A stretch of 64,000 nucleotides of DNA from Tubiluchus corallicola. Its lineage: Eukaryota > Animalia > Priapulida. This document shows, in pieces, positions 1-49,990 of the stretch; position 1 is the first letter of the stretch; each line of letters opens with the position of its first letter. The translations under genes were made by a program, and so were the position numbers. The notes beneath the pieces were generated by a model. That model had not been told where the DNA came from. It was given only the letters and a program-made list of their open reading frames with translations, and ran no database searches. Location: assembly GCA_030141605.1 (NCBI GenBank), contig JAQGDQ010000101.1, forward strand, positions 454,919-518,918, read 5' to 3'.

Positions 1-240
1 CCAGATGACAGCCCATTAAACTTAGCTTTCAAAGAAGCGATGCAGAAAGAAAAGAAACCACAAGGAGGGCTGCTGCTAAGTTACATTAATTTCATCCAAA
101 AAGATCTCATGAACACATCATTAGATATCAAAAATACAGAGACATGGGATGTTGCGGGTGATGGAGCGGCACAGACTAAGGTGATTAGGAGGGTCATGTC
201 AGAGAATGTGTGAATCCAGAGATGATCATGATGATGATGT
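1..240 (+). mobile_element. 3' end of RTE-like LINE
   Basis: Open frame PDDSP...KKPQG...IQKDL...* (stop 211-213) followed by (GAT)n-like tail. Confidence 0.55.
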
Positions 241-1132
241 TACCAAATGTTCAATTCAATTCATTTTAAGTTTATTTGCACAGCTGTAGTAATGTACCAT
301 GGCAAAAAATACAATTATAGAAGTACAGAAAAAATACAAGAACAAATGCAAAATACAACTATGTAACATTGCAAAAACACAGCATAGTTTCATACACGTA
401 TTGCAAAAACACAGTAGAGTTCATACAAGTATTATTGTTGCACTTGACTAAGCTGTACATGAGCCATAATATAATATAGCTTGATTAGTGAACTAGTTGG
501 GCAAGTTTAGAAAGATGGCGCAGATTAGAGCAAAAAGCGAGTGTTCAGATTAGCAGAATGCCAGAGTTATGGCGAGGAAATTTGTTCCTTTATTTTGTTA
601 AAAGCTACTTGTTTTTTAAATCAGTTTTAATAAATTGGTTTTTAAACGAAGTTAGACGTTTGTCAGCTCTGCAAACTGTGACATTATGATAATGAGAAAT
701 TGTACTGAGAAATTAGAAAAATTGACATATTGCTATCTACATTTAAACTAGCTCAGTTCAGTTGGCACCAATGTGTCAAATAAAATTGATTAAATCTGCT
801 TAACTTAACTCTTAAATAGCCTATTAAAATCAAATAAAAAATTATGTGCAAACTTCAAAGAACTAATTAAAACACATAACCTAAATAATTAAACACGATC
901 ACTAACACTTAGGCAACAAGGTATCAATTAAAAAACTGACTAAATCTATTTAACTTAACTCTTAAAATAAACTATTATTTACTTACCGAAATAGCCTACT
1001 TAAATCTGTTGTGCAAGTTACAAAGAACTAATAAAGATTCAAAATGTAAATCATTTTTGTGGTCTCTTCCACAAAAAAGCTTACTGAAATAAGTGCATAT
1101 TTTTTCAAATTTTCAACTTTGGCTTTTTAGTG

Positions 1133-1844
1133 CAGTGTAGGGCGCAGAATACGCTACTAGCCAAAGTAGGACACTTCCGCTAAAACGCATGTGCTAAATT
1201 TGCGAAAAAGCAGTGTCGTACATGGGCAGCCCAAGTAGCTCACTGGCGATTTCTGTCGAGAATCGATAATTATGACATAATAAAACTAAATTTGTTTTAG
1301 AAAAAAGTAACTTTATAATAACGATGGATAGTCTTTGACAATTTGCAAATGCATTTTTCTTACAATAACGTTATCATTATTTTTAGCTCTATTTATATCA
1401 TCACAACATTAGACTAAGTATCTAATACTTTAAAGAGAGAAACTACGCAGGGCACATAGCTCTCTGGCCCGTTTACTTAGTAGAAAACAATTATTTCACC
1501 AAATGCTATGGAATGTATCACATGTCTGTGAAGCGAGACAAAATAAAAAGTGATGTACCTTAAGCAAATGTTGGAATCTCCTAGAAAGCGGGCTTATTTC
1601 ACTTCAACAATTTTATATTGGCTGTTCTACTAGCTCAGAGTAAGATTCTTTTATTTTATCAGATGCATAATAATTAATAAATTATTCACCATGTATTGAC
1701 GTTTTCAATTATTATTACTAAATAAACAATGACAACGTACGCTGCCAATACGGTTAACCACTCAATTCGTGACTTGTCTCGAGTGTCCTACTTGGGCAGC
1801 CAATTGTTCTACTTCGGCTAGTGTCCTACTCCGCTTCCAACATG
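1133..1844. mobile_element. Degenerate TIR element with AGTAGGACAC subterminal motifs
   Basis: actagccaaagtaggacac on left mirrored by gtgtcctacttg / cttcggctagtgtcctact on right. Confidence 0.5.
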
Positions 1845-3142
1845 CAGTACTTGCTGCAAGAGCTCAAAGTAGTATAGACCGAAAGGATTTTTTAATTTAA
1901 ATAACTTCGTTATTTTTAGTCGCTATTGCTGTGAGCTGGCAGTGTAGTCTGGATACTGCCGATTCAATACCGTGATACAGAGGTAATCTTATTGTTAATT
2001 TAACTCTTGTAAGTTGTAGTACAAGAATCAAGATCATCATAATGACATCTGGTGCTTGTATTATGTCTTAAAGCAAATAAAGGACAAGAAAGGGGGTACC
2101 CGAAGTAGGTATCAGAAAATCGCCTTAAAAATTATGTTACTTATAGTAATTTTATGCACATATCGTACTCGGGTTGAAAGGATTTTTTGTTTGTTTTCAT
2201 TTTGAATGTCCGGCAATACTGTTCCGGCGTGCCATTACATGACGTCATATACGGATAACGTAAATCAGGGGAAGAAAAATAAATGTCAAACTATGTCCCA
2301 AAAAACTTTCCATGCAAAGTTATGTTACTTAGCATTTTGATTACCTGCTTAAAAGATTATGTAATTACAAAAGAAAATTATTAATTATTTAAAACTTTTT
2401 CCCTACTTGGTAAAATGTGATTGATTCATTTCCATGGTGCACCACTCACTAACCAAAAAATGTACTTTGAATCTTATCGACAAGATACAGTAATTTAAAT
2501 TTTTTTTAGTTAGTGACATGTGCACCATGAATGCTCTGATTATTTTTTGAAACTTTACTCAGCGTTATCTAAATTGTTTCAAATGACCTATCATCAAGAT
2601 GGCTGCATCTGACAGTCATCGCGGGAGTTTATATTATATGTTTTATACAACGTTACTGCCGATGCAAGTGGTATAAAATTTCAAGACTATTTTTTAAGCT
2701 TTATGTAAGTTGAGGGTTTTCTTGTGCTTTAAAAATCGTAGCCTACTGAAATAGATATATAGGTATTTCTTTACCCACATTGGAGCCCTTATAAGTCTGG
2801 TCATTTATTTGCATCTTGTTCTTGTCATAATGAATAACTTGTGTGGTTAGGCAGATTTGTTTGACGACAATTCGGCTGATTGTAGTAATGTTGTTCAACG
2901 TATTGAGCAACAATTTAACACATTGTAGTAATGTTAAATAAAATAATAGAGTGAAAGGAAATACCAAAACATCGGGCCCATATGAAATTCATAAAGAAAA
3001 AGGAGATAAGAAAGAAATGAAATGTAGACGAGCTTTATTTATTGCTTGGTAAAAAAATGAAAAAGTGATAAAAAAATAATAAGAGTAATGGCTAAATTTG
3101 AAGCAGTTATAGGAATGTGACAATGTGGTGAAAGGAAAAATA

Positions 3143-3300
3143 GAGGGGTTTCTGATAATTTATACACATAAAAAACAATGTTAGAATCAGACAGAACTGT
3201 TGAGGATCGTTATATCAGTTGGAGGGGTTTCTGATAATTTATACACATAAAAAACAATGTTAGAATCAGACAGAACTGTTGAGGATCGTTATATCAGTTG
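3143..3300. repeat. Perfect 79-bp tandem duplication
   Basis: 3143-3221 identical to 3222-3300. Confidence 0.95.
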
Positions 3301-4189
3301 GAGAAATACATAACATGATATACAAATTGAATGAAGTTGCATACATTGTCGTGGACACACTATTAGGAAGAACAGAGCTGGTCAAAATATATGATATTGT
3401 GTGACAAGGAACAATGCTAGGGCCATTACTGTGTTGCACTAACAATAAGCAGAATAAGTGAAATTGTAGTAACGGGAACCATAGTGGGTAGAAATATTTG
3501 TGTATACTGTTATGTAGTGACTATATTATTGGAATTGGCCAAAAAGAAACAGTTAAACAAATGATTCACAACTGCCGAGAACTCGAAAAACAAAGAGAAT
3601 AACATTTAATATTACAAAAACACAGTACATGAGAACAGATATGACACCAAAGAAGAGAATTCCAGTGATAGTAGAATCATTAAAAATTGAGAGATAAGAG
3701 AAACGATATTAGGAAGGATATCAGTATTTAGAAGATTGGATTGATTCGAAAAACAATTATGAAATACTGCAAAAATGAGCAGATAGAAATAAACTGATAA
3801 TCTGCTGTATTAATGAAACAGGAAGTCGAGTTGAGAGTGAGTGACTGCTCGTAATGGTAAAATTAATATTATATGATCTGTTATCTTTAAGTGCAGCCCT
3901 AAATAGTTCAGAATCATGGTCAAATTTAACAATTATTGAGTGGGAGAAGTTGGAATTGATTGGAATTGATGCCAATTCATTAAAAACATTATTTAATCTG
4001 AGTGAATCAACCCCATATTGGGAATTAGTTGTGGAATTAGGCATGTAGCCATTAAAGCATCAAGTAAATTATAAGAGGTTCATGTTTTATAGAAATTTTG
4101 TTAATTAGCAAATCAGGCAGATTAGCATCAGAAGTACTAAATCTGCAAATGAATAATGAGTGTGAAAAATCGTGGTATGATGAACTAGC

Positions 4190-4780
4190 CGACGCTGCTA
4201 GAAGATGCAATATAGACATTGATACAGATAATGAAAATCATGAAACTGTCTGAGTGGAAGAGAGAAACGAACTCTAAAATCATATGTTTGATAATTAAGG
4301 AATGCACAGAAAAATGCAAGTAGGCAAAATGAAATTAAGATGTTTGAAAAAGACAGGGCGGAAATGACACGATACATATATGCAAGCCAGAAGAAGTAAA
4401 AGATATTCTAAAATTAAGGCTAATATGATAAATTTTAAAATGAATTATAAACACAATTCAAGGATACAAGCTATTGTATCCAATTTGTTTGAAAGAAGAC
4501 GTACTATGGAACACTTACTGAACTGCACTGAATATGGAGAGTAGAAAAAAGTGATAAACCCAGAAGTATTATTAACTGGTGAAAAGGAAGCATTAGTGGC
4601 AGCCAGTATCTTGGCAAATGAATGTATGGAGTGTAGGAAAAAGATGAACAAACTCATTAAAGAAGGAAAGGATAACTAGAAGATCCGCGTTTAAAAGGAG
4701 ATTTTGCACATTATTATTAGGTGTCCACCTAACTCAGGTGGACAGAGTCGAGAGTCGCAGTCGGACTCTTAGGCACTCAT
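4190..4780 (+). mobile_element. Decayed LINE 3' end (CCHC knuckle)
   Basis: Frameshifted ILKLRL..NFKMNY..PICL..TMEHLLNC. Confidence 0.45.
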
Positions 4781-5227
4781 TTCATATGGTCAGCCAGATG
4801 GCAACTGTTTTTGATAAAAAAAATGTAAAGTTATGCACTTAGGGCTTGGAAGCCAACAACAAGAGTATGCCATTTAAGGACGAAATGGCATAAAAATGTA
4901 AAAAGTTAGTGGGCATTTTAAAATTATGTAACTGGCCAAGGGCTTAATAAAGGTAAAGATATTAAAAATTTTGTGATCAGCATTTTGATTTGCCAGCGCC
5001 TCCAAAGCTATAATTGTGCCTCATTATGATATTCTAAATATCCTACAGCATGGTATAGATGTATCACTCCTAGCATTCATTAATTAATGATATTTAAGCG
5101 AATTGCAATGATGCAAAGGCCTAAACTATCGTAGAAAATAGGTACTCTTTTTAAAATTGTTGTGTTAAACAAACTTTGCTCTATTGCACTACAAAATACA
5201 AGTACATGTCAAAGCCACTTTTAATTA

Positions 5228-6140
5228 CAGTAGGTGCGGTTTAATAGACTCACTTTGGGACCGACGTGTTTTGACCCAATTAACCGACTGAACCTATTAA
5301 CTGTTGGGTGTAGTATTACAGGTATAAATATGAGTCGTAGGCTTACTATGCACTGCAACGGTTTTTAATGATTTTTAGAAACGAACTAATACCTAAATTC
5401 ATTTGTGCAGTTAAAAATTAGAAAAAATGTTTTAAAATAGTAATTTATATTGCGAATTAGCAATAAATTAAAATGCATGTATTTTAAAATCACAGACTTT
5501 TCTAAGTCTGTTTATTCGCAAACATTACAATAATTCCTTCAAAGTCGGCTGCTTCATTTTCTCAAGACAAAGTTGGCCCACAAAGTTCTTGTAATTATAA
5601 ATATGCCGAAAATCTGTTGTTGTGTGTGACTAAAACAGTTCTGAATCGTCTGCTCGCTTACATTGCTCTTATTTGCTGTACGATGTTTAGCCTTGTAAGT
5701 CACAAGGATTACCGGCTGATTACTGTACCTACATCTTTGTTTGTTAACTGATTAAGCCTGAAAGCGTGATTTGCAAAGAGAGCACCAGAAGGAAACCGCT
5801 AGGCAAGTGATTAAATGCTTAGCTTCCAGGAATTCTTTGAGTAACAGTGGGCGAGCGGGTAACAGATTCAAAACAAAACCACTACGCTAGCGTATTAGAC
5901 CATGATAACCGTACCAAACAAAACGAAACATGATTGTTTCTGCATACATAGTGCACAAAGGGAAAATAAAGATGACATAAAAGTAGGGAAGGTTCTTTGG
6001 GCACATACAATAGTGAGTCAATTAAGCGGAGTTATTTGAGTCAATTACCGATAGTTTTTACGTATATTTGAATAGAAGCGGCCCGTTCCAGGCGTTTTTG
6101 AGTCACTTAAGTGATTGAGTCTGCTAAGCGATGCCTACTG
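5228..6140 (+). mobile_element. Tc1/mariner(pogo-like) MITE family A, copy 1
   Basis: TA|CAGTAGG...CCTACTG termini; internal similarity to 14791..15287 and 17730..18541. Confidence 0.8.
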
Positions 6141-6695
6141 TGTTATCGTTGCACCGACATTGTATGAGATTAATGGGGTTGTGCATGGGAGGGTCAATTG
6201 TGGGAGTCGCATGTTCAAGTCACTCACTGAGTGAGACTTGAAAGGTGTGAACGTCACACATTTTTATGTATGAGGCAGTGCAATTTTTACACGTGCTTAG
6301 AAAGAAATAATAACGTCAATGCGTGCCCACATAAGTTAATGCAATGTCTCACAGTCTTGTGCAAAATAAAATCTGGGGCTGCTGTTATGTGACCACCTGT
6401 TTGGGATGCCAGCTATTGTCTGATGTACTTTATTTTTTGACCTATATAAAAGCTTTTCTAGTTTTTGATAACTATTATACATATAATGTTTTTGCAGTGC
6501 CAGTGGATAATCAGTTTGCAAATGATGAGTTCTACCACCTTTATTTATAACCACACCTGCATTTGTAAAGTGAAAAGCGTAAAACATAGAAAAGTATAAA
6601 GCTTGGATCTCTTATTCTGTGACCAGAACAACAGAACTTTTTCGACTGAGGCAGGTCGTCTGGCGTCTGATCATCTTTTTCGGTTGAACAATGCC

Positions 6696-42501
<35,806 letters not shown>

Positions 42502-43950
42502 CATTAATTTTTCTTACTATGGGATTAATATAAACTTGAAACACTTGGAAAGGTTTCCAGAAATGTAGGAAAAGATATTGTAGGAATGTAGGAATTAAGT
42601 AAAAATCACACTTGATCATTATTTTTTGACATTAGGTCATTATCAGGGCTCATAAACATAAGAACAAAACTTTTTCTGATGTTAAAATACAATAACATTT
42701 ATTTATGCAAATTGCCCCAAAACAAGACCAGTAGCCTGGCTAAGAGTATCAGTATAATGGTGGAAGTATGAATATAGGTTATATTCATGCCACTAGAAAT
42801 ATGAAATTTGTATAGCTAATTTTCTAATGATAGGAAGCATGGTTTTTGGTAAAAAATTCCAGTAAAAAGACCCAACTGGTGAAACTGTATAATCACAGTC
42901 AGTAATACTGGCAAATGTTCCATGTCAATGGACAAAAGCAATTAGGCAACAGGTTTATGGAACTACAAATTACTAGCTGTTATCTACTACTAGCTGTGAT
43001 GTGACATCATTCAATTTTGATGTCAGTAAAAAAAGATTTTGCTCTTTCGTTGCAGTTCTGTTGGTTGTTGTATAACTTTGGCTTTGACTTATTTTTTGTG
43101 GTATCAAAATATTGACCTTAACGTTTTTATGGATATACCTTTTTTGCAATTTTTTCATTGTAGGTTTGTGACCTTCCAGTATACGATTCTCAGAAACAAG
43201 TGTTATTTTTTATTTAAATTGACCATTTTAACAACATTAATAATTTAAGGGCTCCAGTTGTGGGCTTGAGCTTAAGGGCTTTTGCACAGCTACAATATGT
43301 TTTTGTAGTTTATCAACTGTGAAGATATTGTAACAAGAGTTTCGATTCATCTGCGAACTTGTCGTAGTTTTATTTTTGTAGATGTGTACAAAATTGTGTT
43401 TGGGAAACACTTAAGGGACAATCACTGAGATTTTAGTATTGACGCACAGTGCCAGGCAGCTTGTTTGTGTCACATTTTATGTTATCTTTTCTCATTTTTA
43501 ATGTACAGTTTGTATATACGAATGCAGCACTGTGCACACTTTCACTACTGTAACTTGTTTATTTGTGTTGCTTTAAGCTGTTATATATAGTAATTGTTAT
43601 AATGAATTCTCATTTCTCAACTGTTTTATTTCTTTTTATTCGGGAGAACAAACTTTTATAGTCTATTAAACAGTCACTAGGTTATTCTGCCAATAGTGCT
43701 TAGGGGTTTTAAAACTTATTGGTTCCAGACAGCAGTACTTTTTCCAGAATTTGTATGGTAGATTACCTTAAGTAAAAAATAAATCTTATACTGTAATTAG
43801 CATTAGTTTTAATGACTATAATGACTTTGTATTCATTGTGTGATCAAGTTTCTAGATAAATTTTTAAACGTTAATGTATTTTTGCTTGTCATTTGCAGGG
43901 TCAACTACAAAAACTACCTCAACTAGAAAATACAATTGTCCCTTTTAGTG

Positions 43951-43956
43951 AATAAA
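43951..43956 (+). promoter_or_regulatory. Candidate ATP2C1 polyadenylation signal
   Basis: AATAAA followed ~25 nt later by a GT-rich stretch (gagttttgtg); another AATAAA at 43778. Common by chance in AT-rich DNA. Confidence 0.35.
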
Positions 43957-44038
43957 TTTTACTATCATTGAACTCAAGAGTTTTGTGCCTGTAAAATAGT
44001 TGTAGTCGCATCTAAATTTAACTTTCCTTTTCTGGGCT

Positions 44039-45496
44039 GTGATGAAATTAAAAAATAACAATTACCCTGGACATGAAAATGTGCAAACCATGTTTTATAA
44101 ACTAGCAGTTGATATTATATCACCTGTATTAACTACTATGTTTAACTGTGCTACCTCAAGTGGAATGTTTCCAGATATAATAAAGATTGCAAAAATTGTT
44201 CCCATATTTAAATCTGATGATACGAATAATCCTTCTAATTATAGACCAAGACTAAAATCTTTGAAAATATAATTTTTGACAGACTAAATAATTTTTTTAT
44301 TAATACTAAGGTTATATCAAAATTTGGATTCTGGGAAAACTACTCCACAGAGTTAGCTACTGCCGAATTTATTGAAAACATGCTGCACAACCTTGATAAC
44401 AAACTGTATACGTGTGCCATATTTCTTGACTGTTATCTAAAGCATTTGATTCTGTACAGCACAATATACTTCTTCAGAAATTACAACATTATGGCGTCAG
44501 AGGCACTGCACTTGAACTACTAACATCTTACTTATCTAATCGTCAACAATTCACCATCATTAATACTACCTCTTCAGATCAAGCACACGCTACCTGTGGA
44601 GTCCCCCAGGGGTCAACATTTGGCCCATTACAATTGTTATTTATATAAGTGATTTTCCCTCTGGCATCTAACTTCAATATGCATATGTTTGCAGATGATA
44701 CTAATCTATTGATATGTGACACCAATCTTCTCAGTCTTGAAACTCGAACTAATGAAGAACTAATCAAAATTAACAATTGGATGATAGCTAACAAACTAAC
44801 AATAAATTATAACAAGACGTTGATTACTAAGAAACCTGCTCAATCTATTACAATCATAATAAACAACAATGTTCTTCATCAGACAACCTGTTTCAAATAT
44901 CTTGGACTACATTTCGACGTTGACATGAAATGGAATACACACATAAAAACCATTGCGTATAAAGTTAATAAAAATTCCAGTATATTCAGCAAACTTAGGT
45001 ACTATATAGATACAGAAACCTTGAAGATGATATACTACTCCTTATACATCCCAATTTGTTTTATTGTATTCTATGTAGGGGGAGAGCAAAAAATGATAGC
45101 CTGCAACCGTTAATTAGTGCCCAAAATAAAACTGTTAAATTTATTACTTTCTCAAACTGGCATGCAACGCCTTCCCATGCTCAGTTAAACCTATTAAAAG
45201 TACAAGACATATACACACTCCAGTTATTTAAATTCAGGCATAAATATACTAATAATGCTCTCCCCGAACTATTTGTAAATTATTTTATTCAAATTAGAAA
45301 CGTACACTCGTACAACACCAGAGCATCTCGTAGGGGCAATTACTTTCAGCCCAGCTTTAATACTACAAATGGCTTAAGTACATTGCAACATCTTGGAATT
45401 AAATTGTGGAATAATTTAGATCCATCTTTTATATCCACTACTTCATGTAAAACTGCAGTTAAACTATTTCGTAATCACCCAATTAGCGACTATTAA
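44039..45496 (+). mobile_element. CR1/L2-group LINE reverse transcriptase, 5'-truncated, disrupted
   Basis: AKIVPIFK..NYRP, AIFLD..SKAFDSV, GVPQGS, FADDTNL, KYLG; stops and frameshifts. Confidence 0.9.
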
Positions 45497-45642
45497 TAGC
45501 TTTTACTCTCAAACTTAACTCAATAGCTGTTTTGCACATTTATATTCTCTTTTCTACTTTAGATTACTGAAACTTATTACCTCCAATATATAATTTATAA
45601 TAAATCTCTCTCTGCAAGGTTATCGTTTACACACATATATAC

Positions 45643-45644
45643 AT

Positions 45645-45675
<31 letters not shown>

Positions 45676-45712
45676 CGCGCGCACGTGAGTGTGCATGTAC
45701 ATGTGCGTGTGT
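45643..45712. repeat. (GT)n(GC)n alternating purine-pyrimidine tract
   Basis: Direct reading. Confidence 0.9.
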
Positions 45713-45934
45713 GAGGTGAACTAGGTCAAGTTCCGTACATCCAAGTTATGGCTACATCTGTTGGACGTACATGACAATTACATCGCAAAAGATGCTTATG
45801 TTTTTTCTAAAGACATTAGCGAAAGTGGTGGACTTTCGCGGGCTATGTTTATTAAAACTGTTTTGTTTGATTTGGGTTTTGGACATGTTTGGGAGCACCA
45901 AGGTACATTTAATAAAAAGATTTAGTAACATTTA

Positions 45935-47260
45935 ATAGGGTTACCCCAAGGTTCTGTGCTGTCCCCAGCTTTATTTGTGTTCTATGTAGCGGATATGTTG
46001 CAAACAATTGAGACAGATAACTTTCATAAATTTAAATATGCCGACGACAGCACTTTTCTAGCAGCAGGCAGCACTATGAATGAGGCTTATATAGCAGCAA
46101 GGAGCAATGTGATAATTTGTTTGAGTGGTGTAACATGTGGCGTATGAATATTAACTGCGCCAAAAATAAAACAGAAGCCATAATGTGCAAAAACTCATTG
46201 AAGATAAAATACGAGCCAAACGCCGCAAAGCTAATGTTTAGAAATGAACCAATTAAATATGTGACTAGAACTAATGTATTAGGAGTAAATGTTGATAATG
46301 AACTTAAATTTGAGGCACAAGTAACTACTACGAGACAGAAAGCCTGGACATAAAATCAAAAAATTATGTTTTAAATATAAAGGATTAAAGATGGCCACGA
46401 TCATTGCTTTAGCTAAAACCACAGTTTTGCCAACGTCATTGTATGCCGCGACATGCTGGCTAGATTCAAAAATACAGACTTTCCACGACCTTGTATATGA
46501 TATACTCAAAACAGCCGTGGGTGTTAAATACAATCCGCCAAAAACTGAATTAGAATTAATATGTGGTTTACCCCCAATCGATATACAGTTCTCATCTTTT
46601 GTCAGCAAAATTTTAATGAAAGCTGTAGATAAACCAGAGGATGATGTAGTTAGGTGTGAAATTCAACTTATTGGTCAGCTTCGTAATCTGGGCCGATATT
46701 TTAATCATTGTTGGCTAATCACATAACAAAAGCTAAATTGTTTTTGAAGATTACAAAAAGTATAGAAATTGCCCGAAATGATACGTTGACGGTAGGTAAT
46801 TTGGATAATACAAACCTGAAATATAATAAAAATGAAGTGGATAAATACATCAAAATTTCATGGAGTAGAAAAATACAACGTGTAAACCAGTTGACCGGTA
46901 ATCCGCGAGAGATATTTCCTGTATTTACAACACCATTAGATATACCAGTCAGCAAATATGACAGATTTATAGAAACAAGTGCGTTGGGTTTTCTACTTGG
47001 AAGAGGTTGCAAATCATTTAAATACAGGATAGATATAATTGATTCACATCTGTGTGTTTGCGGTTTGGGCAGTCAAACCCCAGAGCATTTTTAAAATTTT
47101 TCATTGCCCGTTACCATTTGTTAGACAAGATATAAGAGAGATCTCGAGCGCGGCTTAGAAAATAATGACATTCGGACCATTTACAGAAAGAGAGACACTA
47201 ATGTAATTAAAATGTCATATAGATATTGTCTAACCCAAATTGATCTTATCATAAATTGAT
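45935..47260 (+). mobile_element. Second LINE RT fragment with C-terminal CxC..EH..C knuckle
   Basis: GLPQGSVLSPALF, YADDSTF, VLGVNVD, LCVCG..TPEHF; frameshifted. Confidence 0.85.
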
Positions 47261-47599
47261 TATACAAGCATACGGTTTATATACGAACGACATCAACGTA
47301 AGATTATTTATGTATGTATAAACTACAACACATACTACTAGTACATTAGAGTATAACATGTATAAACATTATACGCCAATATTAGATATGTATTTGGAAT
47401 TAATAAATCGTAATGCAGAATTGTTAGCTTGTTTAGTAAGAAATTGGTAACTGTGAAGATTTTAATGTAAAAATTTATTTAATGTACACAATGCAAAGAT
47501 TTATTTAACATTTTTGTACTTATGTGCCCTGCAAATAGAGGGCTTATTTTATCATTTTCAGTAAAGATTTTTAATAATAATAATAATAATAAAAAGAAA

Positions 47600-48094
47600 T
47601 TTATCAAAGCCATTAATAAACTTGAATCTCGGTGTACACAGTACTGGCTAGAGGAAATGAACCGAATTGCACCGAATGAAAATAGCAATAAAATTAGAAC
47701 GTATAAACTTTTTAAAAGTTCTTATAAGTGGGGAAATTATTTGTTGATTGGTATTCCAAAACATGTCAAAACTAACTTAACAAGATTTCGTATTAGTTCT
47801 CATAACTTTGCAACTGAAATACTATCATAAGCCAAAAAAACACCTGTAGAACATCAAATATGTAAAAATTGTTGTTTGAACAAACTAGAGGATGAATTGC
47901 ATGTAATTACTAAATGTCCGCAGTACGCTCATGTAAGAGAGGAATGTTTTGGTATCCTTTCTGATTTTTGTCCTAACTTTCATTATATGTCTTCCAATGA
48001 GCAGTTCGTGTTTTTAAATGCACCAGAAGATGTAGAAGTTATTAAAATTAATGCTAGATTGATCCACAAAATATTTGAATATAGGCCCGACTGA
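47600..48094 (+). mobile_element. Third LINE 3' fragment
   Basis: KIRTYKLFK, RFRISSH, C..C...EDELH...CP motifs. Confidence 0.75.
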
Positions 48095-48336
48095 TATAAC
48101 TCAGTGCAAGCTTGATTAACTGATTAACTGTAATACATATGTAATATTAAGTTTGTAAGATATGTGTATGTTGCTCTGTTGTATGCGTGTTTTGTGCTTG
48201 AACCATTATTACCACTTATATGTGGTTGCTTTGTTTAGATGTATTATGTTGTTAAGTCGTTTTTTCTTTATCTCCTGTAATTTCTTTTCTTAATGGTTCA
48301 ATAAATAAATAAACATAATGTGTGACAGTGTAGGAA

Positions 48337-48478
48337 GTATGTATGTATGTATGTATGTATGTATGTATGTATGTATGTATGTATGTATGTATGTATGTAT
48401 GTATGTATGTATGTATGTATGTATGTATGTATGTATGTATGTATGTATGTATGTATGTATGTATGTATGTATGTATGT
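48337..48478. repeat. (GTAT)n microsatellite
   Basis: Direct reading. Confidence 0.98.
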
Positions 48479-48745
48479 GTGTGTATATATACATGTGCAT
48501 ATACGGTATTCTAAAAAAATCATAGGAAGTAATAGCACTGAGTTTGTTAATTTATGCCCACAATTATGTATGGTGCGTATATGCGTATGTATTTTTGTGT
48601 ATATATGGGTGCGTGCGCGCGTGCAACTGTATATGCAAACGCATGAATACATATTGGTACCACTACTACTCATGTAAATTCCTAATTATTAGAAGGCAAA
48701 TATAATATGTTAACAGACTTGACAGCACATGATCATTCTGATCGC

Positions 48746-48747
<2 letters not shown>

Positions 48748-48821
<74 letters not shown>
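48748..48821. repeat. (TTA)n microsatellite
   Basis: Direct reading. Confidence 0.98.
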
Positions 48822-49419
48822 GCATGGCAACAATACTAAGCATGCAAATACTAGCTGGTTTCATTAATTTAATTTGCAAAGCTATATCTGAGTATTTTTG
48901 TTTTATCGAATTAACTTAAGTTCTAATTACATTCTGATTTGTTCTTTCTCTTGTTTTGGTTTCAGTTTATTTTTGTTTTTTACTTTAGTTGATTTAATTA
49001 ATTTTATATTGCATCGTTAATTGATACCGCATTTCATGCAACTGTATTTCTAATTATTATTATTATCTTTTGCTTATTTTGCTCACCATAAACTTCAAAA
49101 TATCTGTAAATTAATTAATCTTATTTGCACAAATTTAATTATTGTCTCCTCAGACAATATTAAATTCACAACACATAGCAGCACAAATAACTGACACAAC
49201 ATATTCGTATTATTAAATTAAAAAAGCCTTGGTATCTAAAATAACATAATATAGGGGTGGTTGCTCGATGACCCCTGGTCCTTCGCCACCCCGTCTCTAT
49301 TTTTGTTAATATAATTTACTGACTTTAATTTCATACACTTTGTAACCTATTGAGAGAGACAAATAAAACAACTTTGAATTGAAATTTGAATAAAAGAGGG
49401 ATTGGTAAAATGATACGAT

Positions 49420-49850
49420 GCATTCAACAACTTGCAGAAAATATGGTCAAACGAACGTCTCAATATGAAAACGAATTTGTAATTTGCAAATATACAACAA
49501 CAAGAAATTTCAGTCGTACTCTAGGGAATGGACAGCATGGTTTTAACATCCACTATGTACTGAAGTTGGACTCTTTCACCAATAGGTCTCTACATCGAAT
49601 ACTGTGTATTTCTTGGACGGCTGGAGAAAGAAACGAATCGGTGAGATGTGCAGAGAACTGGACAATCACACCTGAGTGCTCTAGCGAGAGTGCAAATGCT
49701 GGGGTATTTCCACAGGATGGATGATATGACATGGAGGATGACTATAAAAGGGATATGCAAGAAAGTGGCAATGGCAAACGGGAAGAGGCGAGAGTGTTAG
49801 CAGGAAATCGTTTGGCAGCAAATCGGAGCGAGTGACGATGTTTCATGTAT
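49420..49850 (+). mobile_element. Decayed RTE-like LINE fragment
   Basis: LDSFTNRSLHRILCISW..RNE motif. Confidence 0.55.
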
Positions 49851-49990
49851 GCCTCACATAGAGATATACGACGGACGTACGCGCCAAATGTATAAACTTC
49901 GCTTTTGAACAAGGTTCAGTGAAAACATCATCCAAGCCTGCTGTTTCTTCTAATGCGATCCTCCTCCATGTAGTTTTCCGATACCCTTGC

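Noticed and set aside
2239-2248. Perfect CRE palindrome ATGACGTCAT
   Set aside because: Isolated, >4 kb from the inferred first exon, probably in repeat DNA.
2700-4150. Possible Penelope-like retroelement relic on - strand
   Set aside because: Only faint motif hints (INFT, MG); cannot be supported.
48252-48919. ORFs with HTYI/MYVC/poly-Y repeats
   Set aside because: Translations of (GTAT)n and (TTA)n microsatellites.
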